Positions 1-13,501 of a stretch of 64,000 bases of DNA are shown here, piece by piece. Both the position numbers and the translations under genes were made by a program. Positions within the stretch are counted from its first letter, which is position 1. Each line of letters opens with the position of its first letter. Under the pieces are notes generated by a model. The model did not search any database. It was given only the letters and a program-made list of their open reading frames with translations, and was not told the DNA's origin. Source of the stretch: Lama glama (Eukaryota); the NCBI GenBank assembly GCA_028534125.1, contig CM052818.1:10852001-10916000 (forward strand), in the 5' to 3' direction.

Positions 1-1575
1 TTACTGCTTACATTCTAAACTTCTCCTATCAGTCTTTACTTATCTTGATATTTAAGGCAAAGTGCTATTGGGTTTTGTTTTTCATCCAGGAAGGTAATTT
101 TTATTTCTTATTTGGAGTAATGAATCCATTTACATTTAATATAATTACCCTGGGGGCTTAAATCTACTATTTTATCATGATTTATTTACATCATCTATTC
201 TATTTTTCCTCAACTTGTTGCCTTGTTTTTTGTTAATCCAGTAACTATTTTGATATTTCTTTCTCTTCTTCTATTACGTTTCAGTCATGTATTCCTTTGT
301 TATACTTTTAGTTGACTCTAGATATTACAATATGAATCCTTGACTTATTACAGTTTATTACAAGTTGGTAGTTTTCTACTTTTCTGACAATGCAAGGGAT
401 AATTTAACCCATTTACTCTCCTTCCCAAATATGTGCTAATCTTGCCTTTAATTCTCTGCATATCCTAAACCACATACAACTGTTCTTTAGTGTTTTATTC
501 ATTCAATATTCATGTAGGTTTACCCACATATTTACCATTGCATATTTCTTCATTCTTGGACCTCCAAGCTTCTATCTGGATTTTCCTTCCATTTGTGGAA
601 CATTTTCTGACAATTCTTTTGTTTTAGGTATATTGATGATGATTTCTTTCAGTTTTTGTCTGAAAATGACCTTTATCATTGATATTTTTGAAAGAGAAAT
701 TTTCCAATTTAGAGTTACTTTGAGAGTTATTTTCTCTAGCACTTTCAGATTGCATTCTATTTTTGTCTGGCTTCATTGTTTCTCTTGAAAAGTCAGCTGT
801 GTATTTTGATATTGCTCCTTGGAAGATAATTATCAGTAAATCATGATGTCTGTTTCTGTCTTTTTAATATTTTACCTTGTCCTTGGTTATATGCAATTTT
901 TCTACATTGTGACTGGGTGTATTTTTCTTTGAATTTATCTTGCATGTGGTTCACAGTTATTCATTTCTGTGGCTTGATATTTTTTCTTAATTTTAGACAA
1001 CTTTTTTGCTATTTTTTTTAACATCTTGCTTATGTCCCTTCTGTAAGTCTAATTACATGTGTATTAGACTTTTACATGATATCCTTTATGTCCTTTACAT
1101 TTTTCTACCCTGCCTCCATCTGGATATTTTTCTTTCTGCTTCTGTGTGTAATGTGTGATAAATCTGTTTACTGAGTTCTTCCTTTAGTTATTGAATTTTT
1201 AATCCATAATTTCCATTTTATTTTTCATTAGATTCATCTTATCTATTTTCATGGTATATTGGCTTGATTGCCTTGGTAGCACTGACATCCAGATTTCATC
1301 ACCCAGACAAATGTGACTACTGAAAGCCCTAAGCCACCATTTTATTCTTGGCTTTCCTTGACCTTGGGCCACTTATTTATGGTAAAATGCCTCAAGGGAA
1401 AATTAGAATACAAGGCCAACTCACCTGAATGTTTTTTCTTTTCTTCCAAAATCATGGTCCCTCAAGTCTTTAGATATCTTTATTGCTCTTCGCGTCTTCA
1501 AATAACTGTATTTTATAACTTGTCTGGATTTTGTAAATCTCTACAGAAGGGTTAGTCTGAGACAATATACTCAAC
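1..1575 (-). mobile_element. Ancient L1 (L1M/L1ME-type) fragments, antisense
   Basis: T-rich plus strand with segments typical of antisense old L1, e.g. 'ttttctctagcactttcagat...ggcttcattgtttctcttgaaaagtcagctgt' and 'agaagggttagtctgagaca'. Subfamily not resolved. Confidence 0.6.
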
Positions 1576-1949
1576 ATCGGGACATATATCATTTTTTGAG
1601 CCAAATTTAACAGAGGTGGACTGCCTTAGGGTGTGAGAAGTGTTGTTCTTTTATCATTACTTTTATTCCCAAATTGATAGTCTATACTGAGTCATTTTTG
1701 TTGCTTGAAGGTCTTGGCTTTTGAAACTCAAAGCCAGAAAAATACCTCCTATGTTTCTCTTCTGCTGTCACAGCTCTTCCCTGAGGCAGAAGCATAGAAT
1801 GGTCTAGCTGCCAGTTGAATAATGGAGAAAGTAGGGAAAGTTACAGGGATGGATGGATAAATAGATTTATTATAAAATATATTGCTCCAACTAGATACCT
1901 AGATTTACTTCTGGTTTTACAATTCTAGGATATAATAAAAGCAATTATT

Positions 1950-2182
1950 TTTGTAGTTCCTTTTGCTAAGTGCTCACTTTCCTGGGTCACCATGATATGA
2001 GCACCTTACGTACAACTATCATTTTCAATCTTCTCAATAACCCTATAAGACAGTCTTATCTTTAATTCATAAATAAGAAAACTGAGACTTGGAAATGGTT
2101 AGCTGGGATCATGGAGTTAAAGTGGCAGAGCCAGTATTCTAGTCCAGGTCTTTCTTACCTTATCAGTTGTGCTCTTACTCAC
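1950..2182 (-). mobile_element. MIR SINE
   Basis: Reverse-complement MIR core 'aataaccctataag...aataagaaaactgagacttgg...agtggcagagccagtattctagtccaggtct'. Confidence 0.8.
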
Positions 2183-2397
2183 TTTTAGCTACAGCTTTTT
2201 AGGGGAGTGAAGTCTTGCCATTTCTGTAACCCATGTCAGAATATATTTAATTGTATTTAGCAGTTGTAAAGCTATGAAAGAAAGTTTCAAGGCATTGACA
2301 TTAGGTATGAACCAAGCCATAACTTAGCCTGTGACAAGTAACTTGCTTATGCATGTTTATTTATCTTCACAGGAAAATTAAAAGATTGTCCTAATAT

Positions 2398-2485
2398 TAT
2401 ATTATTTTATAGATAAGAAACTTATGCACAGAAAGGATTTGAACCCAAGTATTTGGGCTCTAGAGGCCATGTTCTTAACCACTCT
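2398..2485 (-). mobile_element. MIR fragment (internally deleted)
   Basis: 'attttatagataagaaactt..gcacaga' joined directly to 'ggatttgaacccaag...ctctagaggccatgttcttaaccact'. Confidence 0.65.
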
Positions 2486-3034
2486 GTTTGGCTTCCCCCT
2501 CCATAAAAAAGCTAGGAGAGTGGTGGGTACCCCTAGGAAAAGCCTTTCAAGTGGTAGACAAACCTATAACTTCTGCAACTTCTCATGGGATCTTCATATC
2601 CATGGCTTCTACTGCCTGAAGGCTTACTAAGCAAGATTGTATACAGTGGGGAAGGTAATATTTCATCTCCCTCCAGGTCAGTTGGTTCTTAGCAGCATGC
2701 ATTCTGGTTTGAGATTTGAGGATCTCCAGACAAACTTCACAATCCAGCAAAGGTCAGTCTAAATATCAGCCATATAAACAGCACCTTAATCATAAGCACA
2801 AGGTTGATTTATAGTTCTCACTTCATTTTTTCTTTTTCATGATAGGGCATAGCATGGATAAATGAAAAGGCAAAGAGTCTAGGAGTTGCCTAACTCCCTC
2901 TGAACTTATCCAAGTTATTTCCTTGGCTATTTGCTCTTATATCCCTCTTTAGCCTGAACATTTGTAACTTTATCACGTGTTGAGTCTTGTGTCTTCCTTC
3001 ATTTTCACCCATTTCCTTTGTTGTGGATGTTGGG

Positions 3035-3054
3035 GTGTGTGTGTGTGTGTGTGT
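3035..3054 (+). repeat. (GT)n microsatellite
   Basis: Direct reading of a GT dinucleotide run. Confidence 0.95.
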
Positions 3055-4019
3055 ATGACAGAGAGAGGAAGAGAATATGTATTTATAAAAAATATGATAC
3101 CAAAATGATACCTTTGTTGCAGTATGCAAAATAAAGACATAATGAATGGAAACATATTTTGATTCTCAATGCATTGGTTTCAGCTTAATAAATGCGTGTT
3201 GTTCATGGTAAGTAGGTCATTACTGGCAACTTCTTCTCGCCAAACTTCTTATCTTCCTCATGGGCAGCACCTGCATATTGACATCCTCCTCAGACGCATG
3301 CAGGAGATGAGCAGACATCACTGAGCCCTTTCTCTGATGAATGTCTGTGATTGAACTCAATCATAAGCTGTCCTCACTATCTTTTTGACTATTTACTCCC
3401 TCTGAGCATAGCAGTGAAGAAATAATCTTCTAGTTCTGCTAGTAGATTTCAGCTGGTCTGGCTTATTGCACTTAATGGATTTAAACAGAACTTTAGAAAA
3501 CTTTATAATTAAATTGACTTACTTATTCCTTGCTTTCTTTTGTTACTAAGTGAGCACTCATGCTACTGAGTTGCAATGGGTGTCCTAGGATAGAAAATGA
3601 TCCTGGATGCTTGCTATGGTAATTTTACACTTTAGTCAGGCAGCAGTCGTTACTATAGGGAATCTAATTCATTCTGCCATGAGCTTTCAGGTGGGGTCCA
3701 GTTCATCAAGGGCCCTTGGTGATTACAAATCTAAACACCTCTTACTATTTGAGTAGGGATTACTCATGTGGTTTTGCCCCTGAGGCTAACATCTGCTCTT
3801 AGATTGGCATCATCTGCCCTTGGCTCCTGGTGTTAAGGGATTGCTGAAGAATTCAAATGTTGTCCTAAAGTAATCTGACCTAATCCCCAGATCACCACCT
3901 CTATAATAGTCACTGTTTCAAAGTAATAATAGAAGGCTTGTGTGTTTATTGATATGCTTGGCAATATACTTCTGCTGTGCATCACCTATATAACTTATGT
4001 GGGTAGAGTATTACCCCAA

Positions 4020-4172
4020 AAACTGAGACTGCTTTTCACCCTAGGTTCTGACACTCACCAGTGGATGGCTTTGAGCAAGTCACTTGATCTTTCTGGATCT
4101 CAGTTTCTTCATCCTTCTAGTGACAGAGGTGTTGTACTTCTAAGGACCTTACCATCTTTGACTCTTCCCTTA
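4020..4172 (+). mobile_element. MIR (MIR3/MIRc-like) fragment
   Basis: 'ctttgagcaagtcacttgatctttctggatctcagtttcttcatc' matches the MIR core; followed by 'ctaaggaccttaccatct'. Confidence 0.75.
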
Positions 4173-5544
4173 TTACACTCCGAAAACCTCAGAAACCTTT
4201 CTTTCCACATTTTCTATAGCATGCCTTTAAAACTCTGCCTGGTTAACACATCGCTTGATAGCTCATAAGAGGGGCTGTATGGTTTGGATGCCCAGCATAT
4301 GCTAAGAGCACTGTGGGGCGTTCTGTACTCTCCCTGCCAAATTGATACTGAGCTGAATCAGGGAAATTGCCCAGTAAGCCTCCTCCATCTTTCTTCTCTC
4401 CGTATAGTCAGCCTTGAATGTTGATTACATTCAGATCACACTAAAATGTTTCATCCATTTAAAGAAATGTATGCTTTCCATTCTAGACCTTGGTATTTTT
4501 TTTTCCACTTGAACTCATTTGCCTTTTCCCAGCAGATACTGTATTTAGTCAGTTTGTGGAAACTAATTTTTGATGTCACTGCACATTTGCTCAAGGTATT
4601 TATTTATTTTTAAACTATAATAAGCTAATATTTGCCAGCAAAGGATCCTGTTTGAGGTTCACTGATGCAACTGGAGATGCTGGCAAGGGAATTCTAGTTT
4701 TGTTAGCCAGCTCCCTGACGATGGCTCAGGATTCTAAATTGCACAGATTATCTCTCTGCTATGAAATCTTAATACAAATAACTTTTCAATAATTAGTAAG
4801 GTTTTATCACATGCATAAAGACATTGTAAAGTTATGAAAAACACTAATGTTGTTTTAATTGCCTTTAAGTTCCCTATGGGAGTTATATTTTCATAAGGAT
4901 ACCCCTTATAATATTCACAGTTGGGAGGACACATCTGAGTACAGAGAGGAGTACCTTTTAATTTGCTTAACTCTTTCAAAGCCTTCCTTTATTTCATATC
5001 CCAAATACTTGTTTAACTTCTATATATAAAACTTCTTATCTGAGGACTGCATTCATTTTTTAAAAGATGGCAAATGGGGAAGTCAAGTGCATACATAGAG
5101 GAATAGCTGGGAATAGCCAGGCAAGAGAAAGGAAAGGGCAAGCAGTGAGATACCATCTTTGATCAACAAACCTAGGTACTAGGCATATGACATATGTGCT
5201 CCCAGAGTTCAAGTGAGATTTATACTTTAATAAATTGTCATGAAACATGCAATTAAAATTTTTTCTTAATATCATTTTCTTTAAAAGCAACAGAGATTTG
5301 TTAGAATTATTGCCCCGCAACCCTAGCCACTTTGGATGCAGTGTATTAGGAAGGCATAGTTAATATAGCCAGAGCAGTGGAATTGTGAACCAGGAATTCT
5401 TCATCCAAGCCATAGAAAGCAGGAAAAAAGAGACTGTTAGAAGCTGATAAAGTTTCCAACATGGGCACCAAATACACGGTCCTTCCAATGAGAAATGCCC
5501 GAAGTGTTTGGTGAGGGGAAGAGAGAATGAATGCCAGGCTCTCA

Positions 5545-6542
5545 CTGGACTTAGAACACAAAAATATTAAGTCAACTGTTGTAAAAATGTTTAAGAAACT
5601 AAAGAAAACCCTGTCTAAGGAATTAAAGGAATGCATGAGGATACCGTCTCACCAAATAAAGAATTTCAATAAAGAGATACAAATTATAAAAGAAAACAAA
5701 CCAACTAGAAGTTCTGGAGTTGAAAAATAAAATAACTGACATGAAAAATTCAATAAAGATACTCAACAACTGATTGAGGTATGAGAAAAAGAATCAGGAA
5801 ACTTGAAGATAGGCCAGTTGAGATTATGTAGTCTGAGTAACAGAAACAAGAGTGAGGAAAAATGTATTGAACTTCAGAGAGTTGTGACACACCATCAAGC
5901 ATGCCAACATACACAGTAAGGGGAGTCCAGAAGGCGAGGAGAAGGAACATTGAAATTAAATTAGAAATCCATAACAGAGCAAAATATGGGAAATAATAGG
6001 TATATATCCAGAATAAATAAAAATATATCCCCATACAAAAACTTGTACATGAATAATCATAGCAGCATTGTTCTTAATAGCCAAAATGTGGAAACAACCT
6101 AACTTTCCCCCAACTGCTGAATGGACTGACAAACGTGGTATATCCACGCAATATCCATACAATATTATGTTTTAATAAAAAAAGAAGTTTTGATACATAC
6201 TATAACATGAATAAACTTGGAAAACATGAAAAATAAAAGAAGCTAGTCAGAAAAAAAACAATACTATATAATTCCATTTATATGAAATAGCCAAATGAGA
6301 CAAATCCATAGACATATAAAGTAGATTACTGGTTTCCAGGTGCTGGGAGCAGGAGGAAAAGGGAAGTGATTGCTAATGGACACAGGGTTTCTTCTGAGGT
6401 TGTGAAAATATTATAACAGTAAATATAGTAATAGTTGCACAATTTTATTAGTATGCAAAAAACCCCACTGGATTGTATATTTTAAAAGGGTAAATGTTAT
6501 GACATATAAATTTTTTATCAATGATGTTATTATAAAAAAAAA
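5545..6542 (+). mobile_element. L1M (L1MB/MC-like) remnant: ORF1 piece, short ORF2 endonuclease piece, then 3' end and A-tail
   Basis: 5545-5945 resembles L1 ORF1 (K/E-rich coiled-coil-like ORF 5527-5730; 'ccatcaagcatgccaacatacac...ggagtccagaagg'). About 5950-5995 resembles the ORF2 segment 'aaattaaattagaaatccataacag'. 5997-6542 is the ORF2 C-terminus/3'UTR ('agcagcattgttcttaatagccaaaatgtggaaacaacc', 'agtagattactggtttccagg') ending in an A-run. Confidence 0.85.
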
Positions 6543-7119
6543 GTTTAGCCTGTCCCATCCCTAGTGTTGTCATGCCCAGAGATGGCTTGAAATCTAAGAT
6601 CCCTGGGAGTGACCTATGTGAGAACATATAGCATATGGAATGCTGCCATCAAAATAGTAGAAAATTAGGTTCACTTGGTTCATTGTCCGAAAGCAAAACT
6701 TCTTCATGACTTGTTTATCAAATGAAAGAAACAGAAATAATTTTCATTGCTAGTCATCAAATTGGATAGCGTGGGGGAAACTGAATATGGTATCATACAG
6801 ACTTTGCCTGCTCAGGAAGGTTGCATCTTTTATAGTCCATGGTGGGATAAAATCATAGGTTGGTGATACCTACTCTGTCCAAAAAATAACCATAATGTTA
6901 AATATGTTTACCACATTTCTGATAAGGATCTATGTTACTCACCTTTGATTCTCTGTTCCTGACAATAACAGATATACACAATGTGTTTAATATGTTTATC
7001 AAATATTTGAATAACATAACAATTTAGATCTGATAAATTTGGTGAGGGATTATGAAAATCATTGGTTCCCAGACTTTAAAAATACTTCGTAACCTAAGAG
7101 TTATTTAGAAGGAATGATA

Positions 7120-9435
7120 ATTTCTAACTTCTGGCAATAGCAGGGTAAATAGTACTGGACCCACACACTTGACATAAAAGTTATAAAAATGAGCAAAGTA
7201 ATTGAAGCAAATATTTTGAGACGTTAAACAATAGGCAGCACAGTGCTTTGATCCCTGTGAAGGGGGTAACAAATGAAGTGAAGCCTATAATTACTCCAGC
7301 TTTCTGCCTAGAAGTACTTTCCAAATCAAGGGACCAGGAGGGATAGCTCAAACAGAGTACTCAGCTATGGAGGCAGAGATCATAATTAGATCATAACAGC
7401 AGGAAATTTACTGGGCAGGGTTCCAGAGAGGATAGAGCTATACAGAGAAGGATCACCATACATCTGTATAGAGATCCTTGGAAATTTCTGGCTTAACACT
7501 ATGCTGCACTAACCTAGGAAGAAGATCCACAAGGGCTAGTGTAGAACAGCTTTTGGGGAACTGTGAGTCCAACTGAAATTCCAAAGGTTACTTGGTGGTA
7601 GAGTTTTTGATCAGAGTGAAGAGAGCATGCTGAACATCCCAGGTTTTCATTTGAGACCTTAGAAAGGCCACAGATTAGGAGCAGAGAAAGTCAAGATCTA
7701 CTCTAACAAAGCTTTCGCATGGCCTTGGACTAATCAATCTGATTTGCCAGAGTATCAGTTGCCTTCCCATATAAAGCTAAACACCCTTTAAAGGAAGCAA
7801 GCTAAATCTAGATTCTCAACAATATAGTAATCTAAACATCCATCAGTTTAAGATGTTATTAGATGTGTAAAGAGTGGGAAATGTGATCCATTTTCAGGAA
7901 AAAAATCAGTCAATGAAATAAGACACAGAGATTACCAAGTGGATGAAATTAGCACTCATGAGCTTAAAGATAACTATTACTTATATTCTAAAGAATTTAA
8001 AGGAAAACATAAATATAATGATAAAAAGAATGGAAGATACAAGAAAAGAACCAAGTGGAAATTATAGGGTCAAAAAATCCAGTATCAGAAATACAAAATT
8101 CAGTCGTTTGATTTAAAAGCAGATTAGATACTGTGAAAGAAGACATTGATGAACTTGAAGTTATTGTGATAGATACTATCAAAACCAAAGTATAAAATTT
8201 ATCTGTATACACTAATAACAGTATAAATACATAGATTACTAGAACAAGTAGACAAAAATCATTCAGGATAAAAAAGATTTGAGGAACTCTATTAACCAGA
8301 TTAACCTAATTGACTTTATGGAACACTTCATACAATAATAATAAATACGTAATATTTTCAAGTGGACTATTCACCAATATATACCACCTGCTGGACAATA
8401 AAAGTCTCAATAAATATTGAAGGATTAAAGTCATACAGAACATGTTCTCTGAATAAAACAGAATATAGTTACTAATAAATAACCCCCCAAATCTGGAAAA
8501 TGCCAAATTCTTGGAAGTTAAACAACACAATTTTAAATAGCTCCTTAATCAAAGGAAACAAAAACATAGAAAATGTTTTTTAATGAATGACAATAAAAAC
8601 ATAACATTAAAATTTCTGGGATGTAGCTAACACAACAGAAGAAAGAAAATATTTGAACAAATACTTCATGAAAGATAACATATTTTAGCCAAAAACACAT
8701 GAAAAGATGACAGTATCATTAATTGCTAGGGAAATAAAAATTAAAACCATAGTGAAATGCTATTTTTCACCCATCAGCTTGATTAAAATTTAAACGGCTG
8801 ACAGTACAAAGTGTTGACAAGAATATGTAGAAAATGGAACTTTCACACACTGCTGCCAAGAATATAAAACAGTACAGCTACTTTAGGAAACAGTTTGTTT
8901 CTTATCAAGTTAAGCCCTCACATACCATATGACCCAGCAATTCTACTGCTGTGTGTGTACCAAAAAGAAATGAAAACCTATGTCTACATAAAGACATATA
9001 AAAATGGTCATAGTAGCTTTACTCATAATAGCCCCAAACTGGAAGTGATGCAAATGCACAGTAATAGATGAATGGAGAAACAAACCAAGGTAATATCCAT
9101 ACAGTGGAAGACTACTGAGCAGTACAAATGCAAGAACTAGGAAGCATGTAACAACATTGATGAATCTCAGGAACACTGTGCTAAGTGAAATAAGCCAGAT
9201 AAAAAGAGTATCAATGATTAGTTTCTACTGATTTGTCTAGAACAGACAGAAAAATTATGATGAATATTCAAAAAAAAAAGTATCGACTATCTTTACAGAA
9301 GTGAGTAGGAATCGGAGAAGGGACACAGGCAACATGCTGTGTGTTAGAATTGGGTATATGCATTTTTAAAAACTTTTTGAGCTTTAAAACTTACATTTTG
9401 TTCTTTCATTTATGAAAGTTATATATCAATAAGAA
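7120..9435 (+). mobile_element. L1M (L1MC/MD/ME-like) remnant: 5' region, ORF1, ORF2 endonuclease and 3' pieces, heavily deleted
   Basis: ORF1-like 'aaaagcagattagatactgtgaaagaagacattgatgaacttgaag'; endonuclease-like 'ttttcaagtggactattcacca', 'tcatacagaacatgttctctga'; ORF2 3' 'ataccatatgacccagcaattctact', 'catacagtggaagactactgagcag'; 3'UTR to ~9435. Confidence 0.85.
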
Positions 9436-9730
9436 TAAGAATAACAGATTAATGTGTAGGGTGCTATAGTTATATTTTGCTAAGAAGATTTAAAAATTAA
9501 AATAAAAACAACAAAAGCTCCTATTATCATCATTTCATGAAAAATAAATATTTTAATTACATAAAAAGGGACACCTTACAAAGAAGACAATTATTTAAAA
9601 GTGGACAATTTAGCAATGTGAATAAGAAAGTTAAGTGACCCTTTTTCCTCATGTCACTTGTGACTTGAAAATTTCATCATTGATTGACATCCTCAGCTGG
9701 GCCAGCTCTAACCATTTCATCTAGTCAAAC

Positions 9731-9892
9731 CAGACTTGCCAGATATTAGCAAATAGAAGTACAGGACACCATTTTTGCACAGGACAGATATTGCCAACTG
9801 TTACACAGGACATAACTTAAGCTAAAATGTTATCCATTGTCCTCTGAAATTTACATTTAACTGGATGACCTGTATTTTACTGGACAAATCTA
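9731..9892. mobile_element. MER53 hAT MITE (palindromic, left arm partly deleted)
   Basis: 'ttgccagatattagcaaatagaagtacaggacacca' ... 'tctgaaatttacatttaactggatgacctgtattttactggacaaatcta' match the two MER53 arms as recalled. Confidence 0.8.
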
Positions 9893-10199
9893 AGTCAAAC
9901 TCTAATAAATGAAGCCCCAAAATGCTGATTTTTCCCAAGACTTAAGTCATAAAAAATTTTAAAAAGCCACTACTAGAGAGCCCTGGCTTTCTCTTCTGCC
10001 ACTTGATGTTTAGAATTGATAAAATGAATGGTCAATTTTTTGGAGTAGAATTATGAAATTGTAGTTTCCTTCTGAAATCATGCTAAATTATGTTTTCCAC
10101 CTAGAGGTACAGCAATGCGATCAATCAAGAGTGTCAATCCAATGGCACCATGGAGGCATGTTCAATGAGCATTTTCCTATATCTCATTTTCCTCCCCCT

Positions 10200-10325
10200 T
10201 TAAATGGCAGTAATGGTAGTACTGAGCTCACAGCTGTATTGTGAGGATTGTATGAGGTAATATATGTCAATCATGCCACACAAGGTGTGAGCCTTAACAA
10301 ATACACAGTAAATAGTTATGGCTTC
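10200..10325 (+). mobile_element. MIR 3' half
   Basis: 'taaatggcagtaatggtagtac...ctcacagctgtattgtgaggattgtatgag'. Confidence 0.7.
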
Positions 10326-10389
10326 TACTTTTCCTTTGCCAATCTTGCTCTTCATTGTTAACATTATTATTACCTGTTTAAAAGTGTAC

Positions 10390-11050
10390 ACAACATTCAA
10401 CAATTTCCCCTACCTCAAAAACACTTTTAAAGCCTGCAGCTACATAGGGGTTATGTCTGTACCCAAAGCAGGATAAAGAATTAAATTAATTAACCAGAGA
10501 AAATATTGCAACCTGTAAGACTCAGATAATAAGCAATATATGTAGGGCTTTTGAGTTTTCCTTGCACTTACCATAAAACCAAATCCTCTGCCCCACCTAG
10601 GAGATCCAAGTGCTCGTTTTTGCCTATCCTTGTCAATTTCTTCCTCACTCACTTTTTGGAGCCACTGAGCAAGTGCTTTTTGTTTTTGTTTTTTGTTTTG
10701 TTGATGTTGCTTTGTAATCACATATTCTTTGCTCATCTTGTTCCCTCTGCCTAGAATGCTTTTCCTTATATTCCTTGGACGAGCCTTGTGTATAAGGCTC
10801 TTTCTCATCCTTTATGTCTCAGCATAAATGTCACCTCTTCAGAGGGACCTCTTGGACCACTTTATTGATCTTTATTGTTTTCCCTCTCAACCCCTTGTTC
10901 ATGTCGTAAGAGCACTTATTACTAATTGAAACCATTCTGTTTATAGATTTCTTTGCCCATTTATTACCATCTACTCACCAGAAGGTGGTCTCTAAGAAGG
11001 CTGGCACTGTGGGCACAGTGTCTTCTCAGTCGTTGACACTTGGCATGGAG
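10390..11050 (+). mobile_element. L2 3' fragment(s)
   Basis: 'ttgttccctctgcctagaatgctttt', 'ctcagcataaatgtcacctcttcagaggga' are L2 3' hallmarks. Confidence 0.75.
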
Positions 11051-11139
11051 CTTCATCCTATCTGAAGAAGAATGGACTGCTCCTGCTCCACCCTACACAC
11101 CCTGACCACCCCTCTTCTTGCTCTCTACATTTTCAGTGA

Positions 11140-11350
11140 ACTTTCCTGACCTTCACCCCCAGGTTTGAGTCCTCTCTTATAGACCCTTGGAGTAAGATGC
11201 TAGCAGTTACTACAGTTTGTAGTCATACACTCATTTGTGTGGTTAATTGATGTCATCTCTCCCATTAGTCTGTAAGCTCCCTGGCTCTGTTTGCATCCAT
11301 TTGTTCACCTCTTCACCCATGGCATCTTCCATGGTGCCAGAACATAGGAT
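11140..11350 (+). mobile_element. L2 3' end
   Basis: 'tctctcccattagtctgtaagctccc...atggtgccagaacatag'. Confidence 0.65.
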
Positions 11351-12892
11351 TAGAAACATATGAGGTAGACATTATTTGTCCATTTTTTGACCTGCCAAAA
11401 TGACACTTTCAAGTGTCTCAACCTAAGTCTTTAATACATGACTTTTCCTGTTGAAATTATGCTAATTTTTTTCATTTGGAATTCTAGCAAAACCCATTTT
11501 CTGATGGATAGAAACTGCAAAGCAACAACTAAAAGGCTATATACCCAACTGAGTCAGGCACACACACAAAAACTCACCAATAACAAAACAACAACTCTTT
11601 TCTCCTCTTGCCACACTCCTCTATCTACACCCACCATCCTTCATCTGCTTCAAGAGTAGAAGCAGAAAAGGAAACAGGTTTGTGAAATATTCTGAGGTGG
11701 GAGGTATCCCACTGTACCTGGCTGTAGAGGGTCATCGCTAGGGCAAGATTTACTTTTCTGTGAGTTTTGTTATTTTGCCCATATCCCTTTGTTACTGTTA
11801 TAGGGGTCATTTGTGTGAGAAAGCCAGAGAGCTTGGAAACTGTTAAGCACCAAATTCTGTTTAACATATATTTCATATGGACGTATTTCTTGCATCTAAA
11901 AAGTCAGATGCTGTAACAATCATTTTAATATCCCACATTTCCTTCTTGTGGACTTCGTTCTGTTACCATCTTCATGTTGACTTCCTGTCTCTTCATGTCA
12001 TTGCTCAACCACCACTTTCTCCTCTCTTGACTTTTCTCCCCTCTCTGCTGGAAGAGTTTTTGGTCCGTAGAAAGTGTCCTAAACTTTAATCTACCAGCAC
12101 TATTCACATCAGTAAGGAATTTTTCTTACTCATCCTTCACCTTTACCATGGGATCAGCCCATTGCCCTCTTGACCTCTTCCGGGAGCAGGATTAATAGTA
12201 CACATACATTCTCTATGATGTTTTATCTTGGGGGTTGGATCAGTGGTATATTTCCACTCTTCTCTGTTGTGTCTGATTCAATGTCAGTGTGATTTGAACC
12301 ATGGGATACATCTCCACCTGCTGCTGTTTGTCGGGATCTGTTTGGAACTAAGAGTCCAGGAAGAGAGGCTTTAAGTGAGCAAAATGAATGAAGGAGGAAA
12401 GAAGCCAGTACATAAACAACAGAGATTTTTCTGTGATTAAATGGGGAACTGTGATCAGATGGAAGCTGATTAATATTTTCAATGTTTATCAACGATGATT
12501 TTTGATGGGATAATAGTCATGGATAAGTGTCTTCAGCCTGGAATTCTGGCAAGCCTGCTCCAGACAACAAATATTCAATATGATTACCAGATTAATTAAA
12601 TATATTCCATGAAAACCACTGCAGGTCTTATGCAGTGAATTTACCTTGGAAGCAAACTAAATAAGACAATAATTTGACTGTTAAAAAGGGATCTACATTT
12701 GCCCTGTCCTAAGTTGTAATTGCTGTATTAATTTGAGTATTCTCAGGACTATACAATTTGGGGATTGGAGCTTGGAGAGGGCCATTTTCCAAAACTAATC
12801 TGTGAAGTAACTCAAAGTGAGCTCCTAATCCCACATTATTAAAAGATGACGTAAGAATTTTGGGAGACAGGAAGGCATGGAGAATAACTTAC

Positions 12893-13467
12893 ATAGTAAG
12901 TATTTCATTCATTTTGACCTTGTGGCATCTGAAGCCATTTCCTTGGTTTGGGGAATACCCATCTTAGTTAACAGAGTCTGCCTCCTAATATGCAAGCTCA
13001 GAATTCCAGATATTTGCTTTTTCAAGTGTGCTTGCAGCTAAGTGGAGGGCCTCTACCTTAGGCACATGACCTAGGCACTGCAGCTCAGACATGCTGTCTC
13101 CAGACGTTGATTTTGAAGCTTTATTAATGGAAAAACAGGGACAGACAGATGCTATCCTCATGTGGCTGGAAGTTGTCAGCAGTTACATGTGCTTCCCAGA
13201 AACAGTAGTAGCTTTAATAGTAGACTCCCATGGACAGCTTGGGTTTTGTTGACTATATGACTGCAGTCAGTGCAGCCCAGTGGCTGCAGCCATCATATCT
13301 CCATGGGGCCACTTCCACTCTGTGACTTGGCAAATTGTTTCTAACTGCATAGTTTGCAAGTCTGGTTTCCCAAAACTTTCTGGAGATTACATGAGCTATG
13401 ATATACCCTTTGATAAGTTCATCAGAGTTGACATTTGTTGCTTATAACTAACACCTTGACTGATACA
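12893..13467 (+). mobile_element. ERVL-class solo LTR (LTR50/LTR33-like; subfamily uncertain)
   Basis: 'gcatctgaagccatttccttggtttggggaat', 'cttgcagcta...ggcacatgacctaggc'; ends in the ERVL-type terminus 'tttgttgcttataactaacaccttgactgataca'. Confidence 0.65.
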
Positions 13468-13501
13468 AAGCCAAAGATAGACCTAGGAGCAATTTGACTA
13501 T

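Noticed and set aside
3335..3405. Box C (TGATGA) and box D (CTGA) spaced like a C/D snoRNA
   Set aside because: No terminal stem, no purine before box C, no recognisable guide sequence.
5527..5730. K/E-rich coiled-coil-like 67-aa ORF
   Set aside because: Remnant of L1 ORF1, not a host gene.
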